A stretch of DNA of 64,000 nt from Deinococcales bacterium. GTDB lineage: Bacteria; Deinococcota; Deinococci; Deinococcales; JAAFIG01. The position numbers and the translations under genes are program-made. The notes under the pieces are model-generated. The model was not told the DNA's origin. It did no database searches and saw only the letters and a program-made list of their open reading frames with translations. This document shows positions 27,323 to 35,395 of the stretch, in pieces. Location of the stretch: assembly GCA_025352125.1 (NCBI GenBank), contig JANXTZ010000041.1, positions 7,756 through 71,755 on the forward strand, read 5' to 3'. Within the stretch, counting starts at the first letter, position 1; each line of letters starts with the position of its first letter.

Positions 27323-27735
27323 GAACTGCCATTGATACCAACATCATTTTGGCAGTTTGGAACAATGAACCTAACGCCGCACAACTTTCACAAGAATTAC
27401 AAAATGCCAGACAGCAAGGAGGATTGGTGGTTTGTGGTGCTGTTTTCGCAGAATTGCTGGCGCATCCTGGCATGAGTCCAACGCTGCTCGAGAAAACATT
27501 GACCCAGGCAGACATTGACATTGATTTTATGACAAGCAAATCCATTTGGAGCGGAGCAGGAAAAGCTTTTTCTGAATATGTTGATCGTCGCAAAAATGCT
27601 CAAACTGGACTTACCAAACAACTCCTGACCGATTTCATCATTGGCGCACATGCCAGCGAACGGGCAGATCAACTTCTGACCCTTGATCCAAAACGCTACG
27701 CTCAAGGATTCTCGAGTCTCAAGTTAATCCCTTAA
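27319..27735 (+). CDS. vapC: PIN-domain toxin (VapC-like ribonuclease)
   Basis: The GTG at 27319 overlaps the antitoxin stop (GTGA). VRTAIDTNIILAVW... has the N-terminal acidic residue and ...LLTDFIIGAHA... the later conserved Asp region. Confidence 0.8.
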   Translation: MRTAIDTNIILAVWNNEPNAAQLSQELQNARQQGGLVVCGAVFAELLAHPGMSPTLLEKTLTQADIDIDFMTSKSIWSGAGKAFSEYVDRRKNAQTGLTKQLLTDFIIGAHASERADQLLTLDPKRYAQGFSSLKLIP

Positions 27736-27738
27736 AAT

Positions 27739-30129
27739 TTATTCCCAAGCGGGGTTCAGTCTCCCCTTTTCGTCCCTCGAGTACGGCGTCCAAGCCAGCG
27801 CAAAGAGTTGCAAGCTGATATCGGTGGCTTTTGGTTTGACAGAGATTTGCTCGAGTTGTTCGTTTACGTCCACGCCATTCACCGCATCCAGTTCGGCTTG
27901 CAGTTGCGCTTGAAGCTCATTCAACTGCGCTTGCACGGCTTCAACCGTATCGGCTGCTCGAGACACGTCCTGACCCTCGCGGTAGGCTTTACCCGCCGTT
28001 TTCATGGCACTGGCGGCTTTGGAAACCACGTTGGTTTTTCGACCACCGCCAAACAACGCGCCCAGAATGCCCATGCCAACGTTCACCACCGTCTCGAGTT
28101 GGGCTTGCTTGGCTTGCGCAGCCTGGGTGTCCTGCGCGGCTTGGGCTTTACGAACGCGTTCCTCGAGCGTGTTGAATTTATTCTGGTAACTGGCTTTGAT
28201 CTGTTCGGCTTGAGCGTCACGCAATTCTCGAGCGGTGGTTTGAAGCCGAATCCGAAAATCTTGCTCGGTTTCGTCTGGGTTTGAAAACACCTCGAGTTTG
28301 CTCGAGTAGAGCAGTGTCAAGGCTTGATTGCCTTGCAACCATTTGTTGAAGTCTTTGCTCCATTTGTCGAAGTTTTTCGCATTTCCCGCCGAAGTTGGCG
28401 CGTCCGCAAAATCTGCGCCGTCCATTGGATCATTCAGCAAAGAATTCACATCAATCTCGAGTTTGGTGGCTTCATCCCAGGTGACTGGCACGGGATTGTC
28501 CGTGATTTCTGCCAGAAGTTGCACGGTTTTGCTCGAGTCAATCTTGTACTTGGTGCTGGCGTACCGCACATCTGCCGCACCGAGCGCCATTGGGTAGTAA
28601 ATCACGCCTGCTTCGGCACTGGCAGGAATGAAAAATTGTTTAACCTGCGGGGGTAAAACGGGACGACTCGAGGTGGCGGGTTTGGCGACTGGTGATGTTG
28701 AAACCGTAGCTGCATCTGCCCCTACAATTGCGCCTGCCTTTTTCGCTGACATCAGCACTTTGATCTGATCGTTGGTCATCGGACCCGCCAAGTAACTCAT
28801 TGTCCAACGGGTTTGAAAGGTGATCGGACCCGATTCGTGAACGTTGTGCATCAAAAACACGCGCTTCCCGAGGCTCGAGAGGGTGCGGTTGAGGTCGCCA
28901 CTCGCGCCAGTGCCTTGTAATGCCTCGAGCACGCGGGCTTTGTCGTTGTCGGTTTGTAAACGTCCGACAAACCACGTGCCAGCGTTCGAGAGTCCTTTGT
29001 AATCCAGATCGACTGGGTTTTGGGTGCTCAAGACCAGTCCCAGCCCGAAGGCTCGAGCCTGCTTTAAAAGCGTCAGCATCGGGGTTTTGCTGGGCGGGTT
29101 GCCATTTGGCGGGAAGAAACCGAAGATTTCATCCATGTAGAGCACGGCGCGGAGGCTCGAAGTTCCTGGTTGTGAGCGCATCCAGCCGAGCATCTGGTTT
29201 AAAAGTTGGGTGACAAAAAACATCCGTTCGGCGTCGCCAAGATGCGCGATGCTGAAGACGGTGCAACGCGGTTTGCCTGTGGCGGTGAAAAGCATGTTCT
29301 TGATCTCGAACGGTTCGCCCTCCATCCAACTCGAGAATCCTGGGCTGGCGAGCAAATTATTCAGGTTCATGGCGAGTTCAAAGCGGTCTTTGCTGGGGTA
29401 AAAACTTTCGATATCCATGACGCCAATTTTTTGAAATGGCGGTTGTTGAATCGAGGCGATCATGCCGCCCAAATCCAGGTTCTTGCCGGCATTCCAGGAA
29501 CTCGAGATGATGTTCGAGACCAGAATGTGCTCTCTGGAGCGGATTGGGTCCGCGTCAATGCCGAGCAGCCCGAGCAAGCCCGTGACGGTGGTTTGAATTC
29601 GTTCTCGGAGCGCGTCAGAGTCAGACATGACGGCTGGTTCTGGCACGTCGAACGAACGCAGGACCGAAACTTGCAATCCGGCGCTCGAGCCTGGGGTGTA
29701 AATCGAGAAATCAATGCTGTCACGCATTTTCTTGATGCGGCTGGCATCCTGACCCCAATCGGCTAAACCTTTTTTCCAGAATTCGGCTTGTTGTGCCGCG
29801 AATGCGTCAGGGTCAAGGTTTTGACGGTTTGCTTCCTCGAGGTTGACCCAAGGACGAAATTCTTCTTTGGAAAGGTCTGGAAAACCTAAGAGCAAATTAC
29901 TCAGGTCGCCTTTTGGATCAATGGCGATCACAGGAATGTTATCGACCAGCGCTTCCTCAAGAAGCCCAATGCCCAAACCTGTCTTGCCCGAACCGGTCAT
30001 GCCGATAATCACGGCGTGGGTGGTCAAATCTTTGGAGTCGTACAAAATCAGGTCGTCGGTTAATTTCCCGCCAACGGTGTCAAATTTTTTGCCCAAGTAA
30101 AACGCGCCCAGTTTCTCAAAATCCTGCAT
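27739..30129 (-). CDS. HerA/FtsK-superfamily P-loop ATPase (DUF87/DUF853-like) with a long coiled-coil C-terminal extension
   Basis: 796 aa with Walker A HAVIIGMTGSGKTGLG, IAIDPKGDLSNL, Walker B-like LRAVLYMDEIFGFFPP and LVLSTQNPVDLDYK. The C-terminal Q/A-rich coiled coil has a Gly-rich hydrophobic patch (VVNVGMGILGALFGGG). GGAGG lies before the ATG. Confidence 0.75.
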   Translation of the reverse strand: MQDFEKLGAFYLGKKFDTVGGKLTDDLILYDSKDLTTHAVIIGMTGSGKTGLGIGLLEEALVDNIPVIAIDPKGDLSNLLLGFPDLSKEEFRPWVNLEEANRQNLDPDAFAAQQAEFWKKGLADWGQDASRIKKMRDSIDFSIYTPGSSAGLQVSVLRSFDVPEPAVMSDSDALRERIQTTVTGLLGLLGIDADPIRSREHILVSNIISSSWNAGKNLDLGGMIASIQQPPFQKIGVMDIESFYPSKDRFELAMNLNNLLASPGFSSWMEGEPFEIKNMLFTATGKPRCTVFSIAHLGDAERMFFVTQLLNQMLGWMRSQPGTSSLRAVLYMDEIFGFFPPNGNPPSKTPMLTLLKQARAFGLGLVLSTQNPVDLDYKGLSNAGTWFVGRLQTDNDKARVLEALQGTGASGDLNRTLSSLGKRVFLMHNVHESGPITFQTRWTMSYLAGPMTNDQIKVLMSAKKAGAIVGADAATVSTSPVAKPATSSRPVLPPQVKQFFIPASAEAGVIYYPMALGAADVRYASTKYKIDSSKTVQLLAEITDNPVPVTWDEATKLEIDVNSLLNDPMDGADFADAPTSAGNAKNFDKWSKDFNKWLQGNQALTLLYSSKLEVFSNPDETEQDFRIRLQTTARELRDAQAEQIKASYQNKFNTLEERVRKAQAAQDTQAAQAKQAQLETVVNVGMGILGALFGGGRKTNVVSKAASAMKTAGKAYREGQDVSRAADTVEAVQAQLNELQAQLQAELDAVNGVDVNEQLEQISVKPKATDISLQLFALAWTPYSRDEKGRLNPAWE

Positions 30130-30192
30130 GTTGCCTCCAAAAGTTTGCGTCAGACAATGATACCAGTTGGTGGCTAGAGCGGGTACAAAATC

Positions 30193-30221
30193 AAAAAGCT
30201 CGAGCCTTCAAACTCGAGCTT
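30193..30221 (-). terminator. Rho-independent terminator ending the vWA-FHA-PP2C-STK-PPK2 operon
   Basis: On the minus strand: AAGCTCGAG-tttgaagg-CTCGAGCTT followed by TTTTG. Both stem arms contain CTCGAG. Confidence 0.7.
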
Positions 30222-30238
30222 CAATGCGAGCACAGAGG

Positions 30239-31051
30239 TTACACCACTTTCAAATTTGCAAAGTCCACGGTTTTATCGCCTGCCGGATACTCGAGTTTCA
30301 TGGCTTCGAGCGCGTCCACGATAATGCTGGCGATCACGTAATTGCGGTACCAGCGTTTGTCACCTGGAATCACATGCCAGGGCGCTTCGTCGATGCTGGT
30401 GGCGGCAATCGCTTCCTGGTACACGCGCATGTAATCGTCCCAAGATTTGCGTTCAACAAGGTCGCCTGGATTGAACTTCCAGCGTTTTGTCGGGTCGTCG
30501 ATGCGTTCTTGCAGTTGAATCGCTTGCTCCTCTAAGCTGATGCGCAGGTGCAATTTAACAATGGTCGTGCCGTTCTCAACCAGCATTTGCTCGAAGTTGC
30601 GAATCTGAGCGAAGCGTTTTTCGGCGGTTTTGTCATCCACCCAACCATGAACCCGAGTGATGAGCACGTCTTCGTAATGCGAGCGGTTGAAGATGCCAAC
30701 AATCCCTTTTGGCGGGCAGGCGTTGTGAATGCGCCACAGGTAATCGTGGCTCAGCTCGAGCGAGTTGGGGGCTTTGTAATAGGTGACTTGCACACCGTTT
30801 GGGTTGAGGCTGTCAAAAACATTGCCAACCAGGCTGTCTTTGCCAGAACCATCCATCGCCTGAATGACCACCAGCAGGGCATGGTTGCGCGAGGCAAACA
30901 ACAAATTTTGCAGCTTTGCCATTTTTTCTTTGAGGTCAGCGGTTTTGGCTTCGCATTCAGCTCGAGTCTCAGCGCTAAACTTTCCAGTGTCGTCTGGTTT
31001 GATGCTCGAGATTTTGAATTTCTGACCAGGTTTGACCACGTACTTGTCCAT
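30239..31051 (-). CDS. ppk2: Polyphosphate kinase 2 family (polyphosphate:nucleotide phosphotransferase)
   Basis: MDKYVVKPGQKFKIS...VVIQAMDGSGKDSLV (Walker A)...FNRSHYEDVLITRVHG. I place the start at ATG 31051, which has an AGGAG. Confidence 0.88.
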   Translation of the reverse strand: MDKYVVKPGQKFKISSIKPDDTGKFSAETRAECEAKTADLKEKMAKLQNLLFASRNHALLVVIQAMDGSGKDSLVGNVFDSLNPNGVQVTYYKAPNSLELSHDYLWRIHNACPPKGIVGIFNRSHYEDVLITRVHGWVDDKTAEKRFAQIRNFEQMLVENGTTIVKLHLRISLEEQAIQLQERIDDPTKRWKFNPGDLVERKSWDDYMRVYQEAIAATSIDEAPWHVIPGDKRWYRNYVIASIIVDALEAMKLEYPAGDKTVDFANLKVV

Positions 31052-31076
31052 GAAATGCTCCTGTGAGACTCGAGAT

Positions 31077-32471
31077 TTACTTGAAATAACCGTTGAAGTA
31101 GGCAAAAGCAGCACCAGCGGCGATCAACAACACGATGCGTCCAATCCAAGTGCCGATCAGCCACTGCAAGAAAATATAGGCGGTCAGCAATACAGTGCCG
31201 TACAGTCCACCCAGAATTGCGTACTGCGAAAAAGCACCCAGCACCCTGAAATAGCCCGCAATAAACAACGCGCCCAAAATCGCGTATGGAATCCAAGCCC
31301 AATCCCAGACGCTCGAGGTGCTGGTGGCGGCTTGGACGGGTGTGTTTGGGTTGTAATTGGCGGGTGGGTTGCCTTGAAAGACTGGGGTGTTTGGATTGTT
31401 GACGGGCGGCGCAGCATTGCCCGGCAACCAAGTGTTTGGTGGGGTTTGAGGCATGGTTTGGGTGCGGTTGTTCGAGACTTGCTGGGTTTTTTGATAACTT
31501 GGCGCATTGCCAGCTTTTCCGCCCACCGCCTTCTCGAGTTCGGACAAAAATTGATCGGCGCTTTGTGGACGCTCGTCAATTTTCATCGCCATCGCTCGGG
31601 TCAAAACATCCGACATGCCTTTGGAGACTTTGGGATTGACCTCTCGAGCGGAGGGTTGCTTGGTTCCTGCCGCACGGTCTGTTGCCGCCACCGGAACGTT
31701 TCCGGTCAGGGCGTTGTACAGTGTGCCAGCCAAGGCGTAAATGTCGGTGTACGGTCCGCGTTTGGCTTCACTGGCGTACTGCTCGAGCGGGGCATAGCCT
31801 GGGGTCACCAGCACATCTTGTTTGCCCGGGGTTTTCATGGATCGCGCCGAACCGAAATCAATCAAGACTGCGCCCCTGGCAACCATCATGATGTTGTCGG
31901 GCTTGATGTCGCGGTGCAACAAACCGGCTTTGTGAACGTCATCCAGGGCGGTGATGACCTGGCGGGCAATCTCGATGACCTCGGATTCCGGCAGCGTGCC
32001 ACGGTCTTCGACGACTTTGGAGAGCACTTTGCCCTCGAGAAATTCCATCGCGTAATATGAGGTTTCATTCTCGGCGAAGACATCGTAAACCCGCACAATG
32101 TTGGGGTTCGGGTTCGTGACCGTCAGTTGCGCCACAAGGCGTGCCTCATCGGCAAAACTGGCTCGGGTGTCGGAAAATTCTTGAGGCTGCATTGTGACCG
32201 GCGATTTGAGGCTCGTGCCAGACCGTGATGCCCCCTGCGGGAAATATTCTTTGACCACCAGCGGAATTCCGAGCGCGACGCTGAACGCCTTGTAGGTGAT
32301 GCCAAAACCGCCCTGACCCAGGGCTTTCTCGAGTTTGTATTTGCCATTTTGCAGCATGGTTCCGGCTGGAAGTGCCGATGGAAATTTTGCACCGCTCAAA
32401 TTCGCACCGCAAGTTTTGCAGGTTGTTGCGTTGTCGTCGTTTTCGGTGGCGCAGTACGGACAAACAATCAT
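31077..32471 (-). CDS. Ser/Thr protein kinase with an N-terminal zinc ribbon and C-terminal TM helices
   Basis: MIVCPYCATENDDNATTCKTCG (CxxC..CxxC). Kinase motifs LGQGGFGITY, VVKEY, HRDIKPDNIMM, DFGSAR and GYAPLEQ. A Pro/Asn-rich linker precedes about 3 TM helices. Confidence 0.9.
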   Translation of the reverse strand: MIVCPYCATENDDNATTCKTCGANLSGAKFPSALPAGTMLQNGKYKLEKALGQGGFGITYKAFSVALGIPLVVKEYFPQGASRSGTSLKSPVTMQPQEFSDTRASFADEARLVAQLTVTNPNPNIVRVYDVFAENETSYYAMEFLEGKVLSKVVEDRGTLPESEVIEIARQVITALDDVHKAGLLHRDIKPDNIMMVARGAVLIDFGSARSMKTPGKQDVLVTPGYAPLEQYASEAKRGPYTDIYALAGTLYNALTGNVPVAATDRAAGTKQPSAREVNPKVSKGMSDVLTRAMAMKIDERPQSADQFLSELEKAVGGKAGNAPSYQKTQQVSNNRTQTMPQTPPNTWLPGNAAPPVNNPNTPVFQGNPPANYNPNTPVQAATSTSSVWDWAWIPYAILGALFIAGYFRVLGAFSQYAILGGLYGTVLLTAYIFLQWLIGTWIGRIVLLIAAGAAFAYFNGYFK

Positions 32472-32513
32472 TCACTCACTCCTGGCTTTGGGACGCTGGG
32501 GTCATTATGACAT

Positions 32514-34562
32514 TTACAGGGGCTGGCGTTCCTGATACTCGAGCACCATTGCCGTGGCATTGTCGCTCGAGCCGTTCTCCAGGGCTTGACGCACCAGATG
32601 GTCGGCGAGGTCTTGGGTGCTCTGGTCGGCTTGAATGGCTTGCTCAAATTCGGCGGGCAGGTACGCGCCCCAAACGCCGTCGGTCACCAGAATCAAACGG
32701 TCGTTTGGTTGCATGTTGACCTCGTGAGCGTCAACGTATTCTGCGCCCATGTCTCGAGACGAACCGAGCGCCCGCATGACTTTGTTGGAATCGGGATGGT
32801 TGTGCGCGGCTTCGGGCGTGATGACCCCCATTTTGACCAGCATGGCAACCATCGAATGGTCGTCCGAAATTTGTTGCACGGGTTCGGCGCGACTGGCGCG
32901 AACCAAATAGGCTCGAGTGTCGCCGACGTGTGAGAGCACCACCCTGTTGCCATCGGCGATCACGCCCGTGAATGTGCAACCGCCAGACTTGCCCTCGAGC
33001 GCCTCGAGCACCTTACGGTTGGCTTCGATGGTGGCATTTTTGGCTATCGATATACTTGCTTCGAGCATGTCAAACTCGAGAAAGGCGTGAACGGCGGCTT
33101 GCGACGCCGCCTCACCCTTTGCCATGCCGCCCATGCCGTCCGAAACGCAGGCGAGCAGCAAGCCACCGCGTCCGGCATCGCCGAGTTGCAAGACGTTTCG
33201 GTAACCGGCGGCGTCTTCGTTGACGCTGCGGTCGGGGTTCAAACCGACGCTCGAGGCGAGTCCGACTTGCCAGGAGGCTCGGGCTTCAAAGTTCTGATTT
33301 AAGCGCGTGACCAAGTCGAGCGCTTCCCCTGCCGAGGCTCGGGTGTCTGGGGCTGCCAGCATGTTGGTGAAGACTTGCGGCGCACCTGGGGTGGTTGGGA
33401 AGTCTTGCACCAGTTCGCCCTCGGTCAGGGCGCGACCCATCAGGGTGTGATAGAGCAACGCACCGAGGCTGTAAACGCCCTCTGTGCCGTTGACACTCAA
33501 GCCTGCGGCACGTTCGGGCGCACCGTAGCGCGGGGCTTCGGCGGGAGGCGTGTCGCCGATGCGCTGGACTCTAGGAAGGCGCAGCAAGCGCGTCGGAGAC
33601 AGCAAAATGTCTCTGGGGTCAAGTCCGGTAAGACTAAAACCCCTGGCAAAAACGTAACGGTTAAAGCGTGCCAGATCGACAATCGCACTGACCGCCGCTC
33701 GTTTGTCAGCCTCGAGAATCGCACTTTCCAGCGTTCGACCCTCGGGTTTTGGGTGCGCGATCAGGGTCGTGCCGTCTCGTTGCACAGTGTCGATCAAGCC
33801 TGGCAACATCGGGTGCGGATAGAGGGTACGGGTCAATTCCGCGCCGCTCTTGTACGAGACAATCATGACCTCAGTGCCGTCGGGCGCGGTGGCAAACGTG
33901 CGTCCAAAAGCGTCGTGATCCAAAATTTTGTACTCGCCGCGCTCGAGGTGAATGGTTGACGCGTCGCTCAGGGTTTGGGTGTTTAAGCTGGTTGGCGCGG
34001 CATCTTCGGACAGCAGCACCTCATCCTCTAGATAACCCGCGTCGGAACTGGTGTCTTTTTCGGTCAGTCTTGCAGGTGGGGAAGCGTCATCATCGGGGAT
34101 GAAAACCCCATCTTCGGTTTCCAGGTTGTGGGGCGTGTCACGAACTTCGAGTTCGGTTTTCTCGAGCGGGTCTGGAATGTCTTCAAAGTGTGGTTCGATA
34201 GAGTGTGGTTCGATAGAGTGTGGTTCGATCAAAGCGCCCGTCATGACCTCGGAGTTTGAGGAGTCTGCCGTCACCTTGTTCGAGTTTGTCTCAGGATTTG
34301 GGTTCTCGCCGCTTGAATCGGTAAACGGTTTTTCTTGAGCAGGTTCGGCTTGAGGCTCTGGTTTCACAACAACCTCCGCCGAAGTCGGGTCTTCGACGGG
34401 TGTCGGTTCTGTTTTTGCTTCACCGTTGTCCACGGCTGTTCCTTCTGGCGCAAGGCTCGGGTTTATCGACTCGAGGTCGTCTGCGGGTATCGTTTGACCA
34501 GGGTCTTTTGGCGGTTGCGGCTCGAGTTGTGCATCGTGTTGCTTCTTATTTCGGTCGTTCAC
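32514..34562 (-). CDS. PP2C-family Ser/Thr phosphatase fused to a degenerate kinase-like domain and an acidic disordered N-terminus
   Basis: 682 aa. The C-terminus carries PP2C motifs (LLLACVSDGMGGMAKGEAAS, VLSHVGDTRAYL, LILVTDGVWG, GSSDNATAMVL). The middle ~230 aa are kinase-fold-like but lack GxGxxG, the VAIK Lys and HRD (LTGLDPRDILLSP). A GTGA overlap joins it to the FHA gene. Confidence 0.85.
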   Translation of the reverse strand: MNDRNKKQHDAQLEPQPPKDPGQTIPADDLESINPSLAPEGTAVDNGEAKTEPTPVEDPTSAEVVVKPEPQAEPAQEKPFTDSSGENPNPETNSNKVTADSSNSEVMTGALIEPHSIEPHSIEPHFEDIPDPLEKTELEVRDTPHNLETEDGVFIPDDDASPPARLTEKDTSSDAGYLEDEVLLSEDAAPTSLNTQTLSDASTIHLERGEYKILDHDAFGRTFATAPDGTEVMIVSYKSGAELTRTLYPHPMLPGLIDTVQRDGTTLIAHPKPEGRTLESAILEADKRAAVSAIVDLARFNRYVFARGFSLTGLDPRDILLSPTRLLRLPRVQRIGDTPPAEAPRYGAPERAAGLSVNGTEGVYSLGALLYHTLMGRALTEGELVQDFPTTPGAPQVFTNMLAAPDTRASAGEALDLVTRLNQNFEARASWQVGLASSVGLNPDRSVNEDAAGYRNVLQLGDAGRGGLLLACVSDGMGGMAKGEAASQAAVHAFLEFDMLEASISIAKNATIEANRKVLEALEGKSGGCTFTGVIADGNRVVLSHVGDTRAYLVRASRAEPVQQISDDHSMVAMLVKMGVITPEAAHNHPDSNKVMRALGSSRDMGAEYVDAHEVNMQPNDRLILVTDGVWGAYLPAEFEQAIQADQSTQDLADHLVRQALENGSSDNATAMVLEYQERQPL
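34188..34229. repeat. 15-bp in-frame tandem repeat (2.8 copies) inside the PP2C gene
   Basis: gtgtggttcgataga x2 plus gtgtggttcgat, encoding IEPHS-IEPHS-IEPH on the minus strand. Confidence 0.9.
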
Positions 34563-35317
34563 GCCTCGGCGGATTCGGTGTACAAGAATTTGGTGTTCCC
34601 AAACGCAACCTCGTCACCGTCGTTCAAGATCTCTGGTTGCGCAATTCTTGGACCGTAGGCGGTTTGACCCACGCGCTTGAGGTAGACGCCGTTGGTCGAT
34701 CCCAGATCGCGCACCACCCATTTGCCGTTCTCGAGCGCAAATTCGGCGTGGCGACGCGAAATGTGCGCCTCGCCTTTCATGCCTGAAAGGTCAATGTCAA
34801 CGGGTCCGGTCGAGCTGTCAAACCGTCCGACGCTGACCCGTTCACCGACCAGTGGGAAGGTTTCGGTGGTGCTTGCGCCGTAATCGCGTGGCACAAGGCG
34901 AGCGCTTTTGATTCCGCCACCAACCACGGTTGGCGCACTGACGACAGATGTACTGACCACAGGCGCTGGCGCGAGCGGTTCTTCGATCAACGTGTTGTGT
35001 GGGTTGACCGCCTCGGCAGAAATATTTGGCATCGCTTCGGCAAGCACTGGCGCAACGACTTCAGGGATGGGTACAGCCGCCTCAATGACTGGTGTAACCG
35101 TTTGGGCAACAACTGGCGCGACCAATGCCTCTTCGACCACCATTTGGGCGAGATCGACGGGCGCAGTTCCAATCGGTGCTGCAACAACTGGCGCTGCACC
35201 AACTGGTACAGCAGCAACGGCGGCACTCGAGGCTGGCGCACTGAGTTCAACGCCGCAGCCTTCACAAAATTTCGTACCTTCAGGATTTTCGGTTCCGCAA
35301 ACGTGGCAGACAGTCAT
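34559..35317 (-). CDS. Zinc-ribbon plus FHA domain protein
   Basis: MTVCHVCGTENPEGTKFCEGCG, an Ala/Pro/Val-rich linker, then FHA: VSVGRFDSSTGPVDIDL...HISRRHAEFALENGKWVVRDLGSTNGVYL. AAGGAG lies before the ATG. Confidence 0.88.
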   Translation of the reverse strand: MTVCHVCGTENPEGTKFCEGCGVELSAPASSAAVAAVPVGAAPVVAAPIGTAPVDLAQMVVEEALVAPVVAQTVTPVIEAAVPIPEVVAPVLAEAMPNISAEAVNPHNTLIEEPLAPAPVVSTSVVSAPTVVGGGIKSARLVPRDYGASTTETFPLVGERVSVGRFDSSTGPVDIDLSGMKGEAHISRRHAEFALENGKWVVRDLGSTNGVYLKRVGQTAYGPRIAQPEILNDGDEVAFGNTKFLYTESAEA

Positions 35318-35395
35318 TTTTACTCCTTGATTGGTCTCTCTCGAGACGGGGAATTTTACGCATTGTACGGGTTTATGTCATTTTTTTCAGGAATG

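Noticed and set aside
27092-30129. VapBC and the HerA-like ATPase as one defence operon.
   Set aside because: The genes are convergent (vapBC on +, the ATPase on -) with only 3 nt between their ends, so they cannot be co-transcribed. The adjacency may still be meaningful, but an operon claim is unsupported.
34188-34229. A tRNA T-arm-like GGTTCGAT strings suggesting a tRNA gene.
   Set aside because: The strings are part of a 15-bp coding tandem repeat inside the PP2C gene. No acceptor or anticodon stems can be drawn.
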